Source: a bacterium
GTDB lineage: Bacteria > JAJVIF01 > JAPKYR01
Length of the DNA: 28,944 bases
Assembly (NCBI GenBank): GCA_036397475.1
Contig: DASWIV010000020.1
Location: 1 to 28,944 of the forward strand
Direction: 5' to 3'
Position numbers and translations under genes: made by a program. The notes beneath the pieces were generated by a model. That model searched no databases. It saw nothing but the letters and a program-made list of their open reading frames with translations, and had not been told where the DNA came from. Below, piece after piece: positions 7,605 through 14,344 of the stretch. How positions within the stretch are numbered: the stretch's first letter is position 1; each line of letters starts with the position of its first letter.

Positions 7605-8870
7605 CTACTCCCCGTCAACCGTTAATTTTATATTCCCATCCGATAATTTCAAATCCACCTGGGCGCCGGGACTCGCCTGCGACACCCTTGAGATCAGCTT
7701 TCCGGTTTCGCTGTTGAAGGCAAGTGAGTATCCCCTGTTCAGAATCGCCTGCGGGTCCAGGGATGAAATACGGGCTGTCGAGGTCTCCACATCTTTTTTG
7801 AGTTTAGACAGCCTGACTGTTATTTCCCTTCGCAGCCGTCCCTGCAGGAAATCAACGTCCTGCATTCTTGCATGAATTTTATCCTTCGGACGAGTGAATA
7901 CCGTCCGGGAAACGGTATTGTCCAACTGGCCCAGGCAATTTTTATATCGTGCTTCCACACGCACACGGATGTTTGACAAAAGCCCGTAAAGATTTTCATG
8001 GAGGTCGTAAATGTCCGGGGCTGCTATCGACGCTGCCTGTGTTGGTGTCGCTGCCCTCACATCAGCGACAAAATCGGAGATGGTAAAATCGACCTCGTGC
8101 CCGACTGCGCTTATAACGGGTACTTTGCAGTCGCGAATTCTCCTCACCAGTTTTTCGTTGTTGAAACAGGCAAGGTCCTCGAACGATCCGCCGCCACGTC
8201 CGATAATTATCAGGTCGATCCCATCCTCGCCAGAACCGACAACCATTTCATTCCACATTTCCAGCTTGTCGAGTGCCGCAATCAGACTCGGAGGCGCGGT
8301 TTCTCCCTGTACCAGCGACGGTGACAGCACGCATGAAATATACGGCGCGTGCTGGCTGAAAATTCGCAGCATGTCCCGTAGCGCGGCTCCATCCGGACTG
8401 GTCACCAGTCCAATAATTTTTGGAAATTCCGGCAGCGGTCTTTTCAGATCGTCGCTGAACAGTCCTTCAGACTGAAGGCGTTTTCTGGTCTCTTCGAATT
8501 CAATCCAAAGCGCGCCAACTCCGACATCTTCCACTGAATCAATATACAGCTGGTAACTTCCGCCCTGCTGCCATACGCTGATTCTTCCCTTTGCGATTAT
8601 TTCCCGGTTATTTTCCGGCTGCACCTTTAACCGTTCCGCCGACCCTCGAAACGCGACACATCTAAGGGTGCTTTCGGAATCTTTCAGGCTGAAATAGATG
8701 TGTCCGGCAGACGATTTCGACAGGTTTGTAACTTCTCCCTGTACGGTGACCCGGCGCAGGTCGGGATCGTTGTCGAACAGGCCTTTGATCAGGTTCGTAA
8801 CCTGTGACACTGTCCAGACACGGTCGGAAGGCGGGGATTCGATCAGGCTGTCGTCGGATATCATTCCCAT
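7605..8870 (-). CDS. xseA: Exodeoxyribonuclease VII large subunit
   Basis: N-terminal OB fold (VWTVSQVTNLIKGLFD...VTVQGEVTNLS...HIYFSLKD) and the catalytic core (IGLVTSPDGAALRDMLRI). It lies immediately upstream of xseB. Confidence 0.9.
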   Translation of the reverse strand: MGMISDDSLIESPPSDRVWTVSQVTNLIKGLFDNDPDLRRVTVQGEVTNLSKSSAGHIYFSLKDSESTLRCVAFRGSAERLKVQPENNREIIAKGRISVWQQGGSYQLYIDSVEDVGVGALWIEFEETRKRLQSEGLFSDDLKRPLPEFPKIIGLVTSPDGAALRDMLRIFSQHAPYISCVLSPSLVQGETAPPSLIAALDKLEMWNEMVVGSGEDGIDLIIIGRGGGSFEDLACFNNEKLVRRIRDCKVPVISAVGHEVDFTISDFVADVRAATPTQAASIAAPDIYDLHENLYGLLSNIRVRVEARYKNCLGQLDNTVSRTVFTRPKDKIHARMQDVDFLQGRLRREITVRLSKLKKDVETSTARISSLDPQAILNRGYSLAFNSETGKLISRVSQASPGAQVDLKLSDGNIKLTVDGE

Positions 8871-8927
8871 CGGAGGGGAATGATATCATAAGTGAAATAT
8901 TAAAAAGTGATTACGATGAAATTGTCA

Positions 8928-9788
8928 CTAACCCTTGAGTTTACGGTTGGCTGCATCCATAAGATTCGCGAACAGGCACGCCGTTGTTACAGGACCGACT
9001 CCTCCGGGAACAGGTGTGTATGCAGCGGCAATGCTCGTGATCCTTTCAGAATCGACATCACCGCATAATTTACCGTTCTCGTCAACATTGATCCCCACAT
9101 CGATAACCGTCGCGCCGGGACGCACAAATGTTTCATTCACCATGCGCGGGCGTCCTGCAGCGACTATCAGGACTTCGGCGCGTTTACAAACCGCGTGCAG
9201 GCTGTGTGTTTTCGAATGTGTCCAGGTCACAGTCGCGTTTCTCGCAAGAGCCAGCAACCCGAACGGCTTCCCAACAACAAGGCTGCGCCCGATAATAACA
9301 ACCTCGAGGCCCTGGAGTCCGTACTTGTTATAATCGAGAATTTCCATGGCAGCCCGCGCGGTCGATGGCGGTACCGCCTGCTTGTCACCCTGGAAAAGAT
9401 ATCCCGCCTGTGTCGGCGTAATTCCATCGACATCCTTCTGCGGATCAAGTGCGGCTGCCGTCTTGGAATAGTTGACGCCCTCCGGTACCGGTGTCTGTAT
9501 CAGAACGCCATCGATGGTATCGTCTTCGTTAAGTGAATTGATTGAATTCGTTACTGTGCCGGTGGTCGCGAGACTGTCAACCGGAAATTCGACGACTTCC
9601 ACACCGAGTTTTTTGCCTGTTGAACGTATCGACTTCAGGTAACTCAATCCCGCCGGGTCGTCGACAGTCAGTACTCCAAGGCGCGGGTCGCGTCCGGTTT
9701 TCGATTTAAACGACTCTACCCTCTCAGCGGTGTAATCGTTGATTTCTCTTGCTACAGGTTTACCTATTAATGTTCTAGCGTCAGCCAT
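8928..9788 (-). CDS. folD: Bifunctional methylenetetrahydrofolate dehydrogenase/cyclohydrolase
   Basis: LIGKPVAREI...RDPRLGVLTVDDPAGLSYLKSIRSTGKKLG...VVIIGRSLVVGKPFGLLA...PVPGGVGPVTTACL matches FolD along its full length. Confidence 0.9.
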   Translation of the reverse strand: MADARTLIGKPVAREINDYTAERVESFKSKTGRDPRLGVLTVDDPAGLSYLKSIRSTGKKLGVEVVEFPVDSLATTGTVTNSINSLNEDDTIDGVLIQTPVPEGVNYSKTAAALDPQKDVDGITPTQAGYLFQGDKQAVPPSTARAAMEILDYNKYGLQGLEVVIIGRSLVVGKPFGLLALARNATVTWTHSKTHSLHAVCKRAEVLIVAAGRPRMVNETFVRPGATVIDVGINVDENGKLCGDVDSERITSIAAAYTPVPGGVGPVTTACLFANLMDAANRKLKG

Positions 9789-10027
9789 TGAAACTTGTCC
9801 TCCGGGAGAGGGATAGTAACACAGTCAAGCCAAATCCGGTAGACCAGGTTAGTTGAATAACTAATTCAGGATAAATTTTAGTGCGATATCGTCGCGTGGA
9901 GAACTCTTGCTTTCATATAATTCCAAACTTAAGATGTAGCCGAATTCGGCGCACACAGAATTTAAGGAATTTTTTCCGATAACGCTTTAAGCCTTAAACC
10001 GGAATGTAATTCATTGAAAACCGTCAG

Positions 10028-10429
10028 ATGAGACAGAATCCCCTGGACAATTTCGTCAAAATTATCGGACTGGCCACTCCACCTGTATATCTCGCTGTGG
10101 GTTGGATATTCGAAGCCTGGTGGGTTGGATTAATCGGATTTATTTATGCGCTGATACTGCACATCGCGGTTATTTACCCGCTTGCGAACATGTCCAATAT
10201 CGGGATTAATAAATGCCCGGCTAAGTCGTTTGGCCGTCCATTCTCCAGGGCATTCATTGCCAGGGTAATATTCGGACACCTGATCGCCTTAGCCTTGATT
10301 TACTCTCAATCAACCGGGTGGTGGGTATTTATTCCTGTCGTACTGGTTTATTTTTTTCTGGATTACGTGCTCTCAAAAAAATATCTTCCCGACCTCTCCA
10401 CTGACCGTGTCGATTTCAGAATCAAGTAA
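10028..10429 (+). CDS. Hypothetical small integral membrane protein (3-4 TM)
   Basis: 133 aa ORF with several hydrophobic helices. I recognise no family. Confidence 0.4.
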   Translation: MRQNPLDNFVKIIGLATPPVYLAVGWIFEAWWVGLIGFIYALILHIAVIYPLANMSNIGINKCPAKSFGRPFSRAFIARVIFGHLIALALIYSQSTGWWVFIPVVLVYFFLDYVLSKKYLPDLSTDRVDFRIK

Positions 10430-10468
10430 GACGGGAGAAAATATTAAGTGTGGGTAATATTAAATTAA

Positions 10469-10545
10469 TGGTGGGCGCGAATGGATTCGAACCATCGACC
10501 TCTACCGTGTGAAGGTAGCGCTCTAACCAACTGAGCTACGCGCCC
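10469..10545 (-). tRNA. tRNA-Val (anticodon CAC), CCA encoded
   Basis: The reverse complement folds into a canonical 77 nt cloverleaf: acceptor GGGCGCG/CGCGCCC, D-stem GCTC/GAGC, anticodon stem CTACC/GGTAG with loop TTCACAC (anticodon CAC), T-loop TTCGAAT, discriminator A and a 3' CCA. Confidence 0.85.
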
Positions 10546-10594
10546 GCATGGGCAGAAAAATATACTACACGATCAGACGCCTGTAAAGAATGCG

Positions 10595-11146
10595 CTAGCG
10601 TTCATTCCTGCCAAGCCAGAGCTCTTCTTCCACTTTGTTCTCTTTGTTAATTGCCCTCGCTATCAAAAACAACAGATCACCCAGCCTGTTCAGGTATATC
10701 AGCACGCTCGATACCCGCTGCCCGGTATGGAGGAGCTCGGTTACATGCCTTTCCGCAGCCCGAACCACACATCGAGCCCAGAAACATGTTGACGCCGATG
10801 CGGTTCCGGTTGGGAGAATGAAATTCTTAAGGGGCGGAAGCGTTTCTTCCAAAGCGGCACATTCGGCTGTCAGGTCGCTGATCATTTTGGACGTTACCCT
10901 CGGCACCTCGATGGCAACCGACGGTGTCGCGAGGTCGGAACCTACAATGAAAAGATCCCGTTGAACTTTCAAAAGTATGTTATCGAGGTACTTAGGCACA
11001 TCCGGAAATGCCCTGACCATACCTATAGCGCTGGAAACTTCATCCACCGTGCCATAGGCTGCAAGCCTCGGATGATTTTTGGAGACCCTCTCTCCTCCGA
11101 ATAATCCGGTACTGCCATCGTCGCCGGAACCGGTTGTGATCGACAT
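10595..11146 (-). CDS. PduO-type ATP:cob(I)alamin adenosyltransferase
   Basis: MSITTGSGDDGSTGLFGGERVSKNHPRLAAYGTVDEVSS is the family signature start. I chose the start at 11146 because it has a strong GAGGAGG Shine-Dalgarno and avoids overlap with the next gene. The track ORF extends to 11236. Confidence 0.85.
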   Translation of the reverse strand: MSITTGSGDDGSTGLFGGERVSKNHPRLAAYGTVDEVSSAIGMVRAFPDVPKYLDNILLKVQRDLFIVGSDLATPSVAIEVPRVTSKMISDLTAECAALEETLPPLKNFILPTGTASASTCFWARCVVRAAERHVTELLHTGQRVSSVLIYLNRLGDLLFLIARAINKENKVEEELWLGRNER

Positions 11147-11190
11147 TGGTACATCCTCCTCGTCCGGTTTGCACTTGAGAATATCGAATC

Positions 11191-11547
11191 CTATTTCATC
11201 CATTCGCCGTGCCGGCCCCTGGACCTCTGTTCCCATTCACGGCGAATATTTCCGTAATGGGTCTGCCAGTTTCCTCCACGGCGAAATGCGAATGCAAGCT
11301 TCGTTAAATCCCATAGCTCCCTGAATCCAATTTTAAATCCCAGCCATATCCATCCGCCGACCAGCAGGAACAGGATGAATGCGAGGAATAACAGAAACGC
11401 AATCAGTGCAGCCGGCAGTATGAAAACGAAGAACACCACTGCCAGGCCGAGAAATATCAGTGTGCCGACAATCGCCGCGACCCACCCCTCGAATTTTGAC
11501 GTGCGGGTGGATCCGTCGGGTAATTGTCTCTTGTACTCAAATTTCAT
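11191..11547 (-). CDS. Hypothetical small membrane protein (2 TM)
   Basis: 118 aa with two long hydrophobic helices (WVAAIVGTLIFLGLAVVFFVFILPAALIAFLLFLAFILFLLVGGW). Confidence 0.5.
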   Translation of the reverse strand: MKFEYKRQLPDGSTRTSKFEGWVAAIVGTLIFLGLAVVFFVFILPAALIAFLLFLAFILFLLVGGWIWLGFKIGFRELWDLTKLAFAFRRGGNWQTHYGNIRREWEQRSRGRHGEWMK

Positions 11548-11839
11548 AATAAATCCAGTCTCATATTACTACAGATGTCGGGATTTAAAAATGATTGACT
11601 ATGCTCCGGAAAGTTGCAGGGAGCGATAGCGTTAAAACGGGGCGCCGGCGACAAGCCGGTTTAAAACCGGGAGCGCATGCGCCACTGTCGATCGCCGCAC
11701 AAACTCTGAATAATATTAATGCTGAATTTTCTTAATTAATTATGAAAAAATCCGCGCATGCATCTAACTAAATTAGAAACGCGGATAGAATGCTATCCCC
11801 CAGGAAATACTTGCCCGAAAGGTGGGTATTTCCTACTTT

Positions 11840-12400
11840 TTAGTCCAGCGCGTAGATAAATCTCTCCGCTGCAGTATAGTGGCCGGCTTTTGCAAGCGCA
11901 CACAGCAGTGCGAGGGCCCTGTCCCGGTCTCCGGGATACGACTCCACCTCTTCAACCATTTCCTCAAGTTTCACCGGATCGATACCAGCCCCATTTAAGG
12001 ACGCATTAAAATATTCCCTGGCTTTCAGTGGGATCAGCCTCATTGCCTGCCCGATATATTTCGATGCCTTCGCTAATTCCCTGATTTTAGCGGCATTCAG
12101 GCCACCAATGAGAAGTCCCGCGAACGAATTCGGGTGATTTTCAATGTATTTGTCGAGGTATTCAGCCGCTTCCGGATACCTCTTCATCAGGTACAACGAC
12201 CGTCCGGCGACAAGTTTGATCTTATCGGGTAAATTTTCCTGGTTGAGTAAAGCGGAAATATTCCTTAACGCTCCCGGCGCATCGCCCTTTTTTAAGTCTT
12301 CCATGGCACGCGAAACAGCCATTCCGATCTCGCGCTCCGACATCTTGAGGGTGCTTTGATGGGCCGCTGAGGTGGTTTTGAATAATGTGAAAAGGAACAT
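11840..12400 (-). CDS. Hypothetical alpha-helical (TPR-like) protein
   Basis: 186 aa ORF of helical repeat-like character. The start is uncertain (12400, or the internal Met at 12343). It is transcribed divergently from the NTase operon. Confidence 0.45.
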   Translation of the reverse strand: MFLFTLFKTTSAAHQSTLKMSEREIGMAVSRAMEDLKKGDAPGALRNISALLNQENLPDKIKLVAGRSLYLMKRYPEAAEYLDKYIENHPNSFAGLLIGGLNAAKIRELAKASKYIGQAMRLIPLKAREYFNASLNGAGIDPVKLEEMVEEVESYPGDRDRALALLCALAKAGHYTAAERFIYALD

Positions 12401-12574
12401 GGATTTGTCCGTTGGGAGTCCTGAAGAGATTTAAACTAAATTAATGTCGGGGGATCATGGAAAATGTGGGACAATTTACATGCCTGGAAATGGGAAAAAA
12501 CCGGATTAACCTGTAATGGAAATATATCGCAAAACCTGCTTCCGTTGTGATACCATAGCAGGGGGGAACGACTG

Positions 12575-13234
12575 ATGAGTCAACTTGAAAAGATAGACAT
12601 TAAAGCTTACCGGGACGAAATGACGGAGTTTCCATCGTTGCGTAATCCGGCGGATCGCCACAAGAAAATTCTACGATGGCTGACCAGGCTATCAACCGAC
12701 CTGGGATGTCCGCCACCGGTTCTTGTCGGATGCGGCGCTGTCGAAGTTTATACCGACGCGCAGACCGCGACAGGCGACGTGGACATCATCGCGCCCGACC
12801 TCGGAAAACTCTGGTCTGCCCTTTTGGAGCTGGGTTTCCAGCGGTCGTCAGACCAGAGATTCTCATTCCATCAATCTTATTCGCTTCTCTTCGAGTTCCC
12901 GTCGGATAAACTTCGGGAAGGCGAGGAAACCGTGAGTATCGATATCGACGGGGTCGAGTGCAAGGTCATAAGTCCCGAGGACCTGGTGATCGACAGGCTC
13001 GAGATGTTCGAAGCTACCAACAGCGGTACCGACCTTGTTTACGCTTACATGATCTACCACGGGCTGCACGACAAGCTTAACCATAAAAAGATCGTGGACA
13101 GGGTGAAAAAATCCGATTTGAAAAATATTTTCAAATTCATTCACAGCCTGCATATAAAAGCGAAAGACGAGGGTATTTCGATCGACGAGCAGGGAAGCGA
13201 AATTTCAGAACATATCAGAAGGAAGATGTCCTGA
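12575..13234 (+). CDS. Pol-beta-superfamily minimal nucleotidyltransferase-fold protein (cassette 1, A1)
   Basis: Motif VLVGCGAVEVYTDAQTATGDVDII fits hG[GS]-x9-13-Dh[DE]h. A downstream acidic beta-strand is conserved (SLLFEF). AGGGGGGA Shine-Dalgarno. It is a paralog of the 13459-14130 protein. Confidence 0.7.
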   Translation: MSQLEKIDIKAYRDEMTEFPSLRNPADRHKKILRWLTRLSTDLGCPPPVLVGCGAVEVYTDAQTATGDVDIIAPDLGKLWSALLELGFQRSSDQRFSFHQSYSLLFEFPSDKLREGEETVSIDIDGVECKVISPEDLVIDRLEMFEATNSGTDLVYAYMIYHGLHDKLNHKKIVDRVKKSDLKNIFKFIHSLHIKAKDEGISIDEQGSEISEHIRRKMS

Positions 13235-13236
13235 CC

Positions 13237-13443
13237 ATGACAGAATGGGAAACTTTAATGGCGGATGAAGACAGGTTCAGAAGGAAGACTTTCGCGCGGG
13301 CTTTGCTGATGGCGGTCGACGAGGATTGCCTTACCAGAAAACCGCGCGACCCGTCCAAGGAAACCCTGATGAAACAGCTCGGGCTTCCCGAGCGGTACCC
13401 CGAAGTCGATACTAAATCGATTCACAAAAGTTCTGATGAATAA
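13237..13443 (+). CDS. Small helical partner protein (cassette 1, B1), tightly coupled to A1
   Basis: Starts 2 nt after the A1 stop, with an AGGAAG Shine-Dalgarno. 68 aa. The core FARALLMAVDEDCLTRKPRDPSKETLMKQLGL is conserved in the paralog at 14118-14315. Confidence 0.6.
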   Translation: MTEWETLMADEDRFRRKTFARALLMAVDEDCLTRKPRDPSKETLMKQLGLPERYPEVDTKSIHKSSDE

Positions 13444-13458
13444 GTAGATCTCCAGACC

Positions 13459-14130
13459 ATGGCTGTACGCACCGACAAAGCTATTGCGGATCTCGCGGAA
13501 AAACTTGGCGAGATACAGCTCCTCGATCCAGGGGAAAGACACATATTTCTCCTCTGGCTGATTACCCGCGGGATGACTCTCCTCGGTGCCGACAGACCTG
13601 TAATGGTAGGCGGCGGATCGGTTGAACTTTATACCAGCATACACATAGCAACCGGCGACCTGGATCTTGTCGTCAAGGATATCGATGCATGCGTCTTCGT
13701 GCTGGAAAGTCTAGGATTTGTCCGCCATGAAAATACCAACCATTTCGTAAATCGCGACTGCGCGATGCTTGTGGAACTTCATGGAAAGCAGCTTTTTCCC
13801 GGAGAAGAATCTGTCGAACTCTCTTACCGGAAATCGCTTTTGCGCGTTATCAGTCCCGAGGACTGCATCGTCAACAGGCTTGCGGAATATAAAAAGCACG
13901 GCTCAACCATGGACCTCCTTTCGTCACTGTACATCTCCATGCTCGTACGCGAACGCCTGGATTTCAAACGGCTGCATCAGCGGATCGATGAATTCGGGCT
14001 TTTGGATTACTACCGGCTTATCCAGGACCTTGGACGGCAGGTCGTTCTTCAGCATATCGGTCCCGACGAGGTCGCCGGAGTTCTCATTAATTTTATAAAA
14101 ACCGGGGAGTATCGCGAATGCGCGTTTTGA
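13459..14130 (+). CDS. Pol-beta-superfamily minimal nucleotidyltransferase-fold protein (cassette 2, A2)
   Basis: PVMVGGGSVELYTSIHIATGDLDLVV carries the same NTase motif. It shares with A1 the N-terminal helix, the VISPEDxIVxRL block and the downstream acidic strand (AMLVEL). It starts 15 nt after B1. Confidence 0.7.
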   Translation: MAVRTDKAIADLAEKLGEIQLLDPGERHIFLLWLITRGMTLLGADRPVMVGGGSVELYTSIHIATGDLDLVVKDIDACVFVLESLGFVRHENTNHFVNRDCAMLVELHGKQLFPGEESVELSYRKSLLRVISPEDCIVNRLAEYKKHGSTMDLLSSLYISMLVRERLDFKRLHQRIDEFGLLDYYRLIQDLGRQVVLQHIGPDEVAGVLINFIKTGEYRECAF

Positions 14131-14315
14131 AGTACGATCAGATCGTCAAGGATAAGGAGTCAAACATGGCATTTGGCTACCAGCTCATTCGCGCGATAGA
14201 CCCTCGCCTTATTACCCACCGTCCGAGAGATATCGAAAAGGCCATCCTCATGAAGGAACTCGGAATGGACCTCACAATGGCGGAAGCCCCGCCCGGAAAA
14301 AAATCCAAATCCTGA
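14118..14315 (+). CDS. Small helical partner protein (cassette 2, B2), overlapping the A2 stop by 13 nt
   Basis: 65 aa. FGYQLIRAIDPRLITHRPRDIEKAILMKELGM aligns with B1 with no gaps, and both have 18 residues before the conserved Phe. GGGGAG Shine-Dalgarno. Confidence 0.55.
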   Translation: MRVLKYDQIVKDKESNMAFGYQLIRAIDPRLITHRPRDIEKAILMKELGMDLTMAEAPPGKKSKS

Positions 14316-14344
14316 TAAATTTAATGATAATACAAGACCAGGTA

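Noticed and set aside
7998-8475. Two plus-strand ORFs (108 and 154 aa) inside xseA
   Set aside because: They are antisense to the well-supported XseA frame.
13459-14130. HEPN-like Rx4-6H motif in the A2 NTase C-terminus (NRLAEYKKHG)
   Set aside because: It is not conserved in the paralog A1 (DRLEMFEATNSG), so it is unlikely to be a catalytic HEPN motif.
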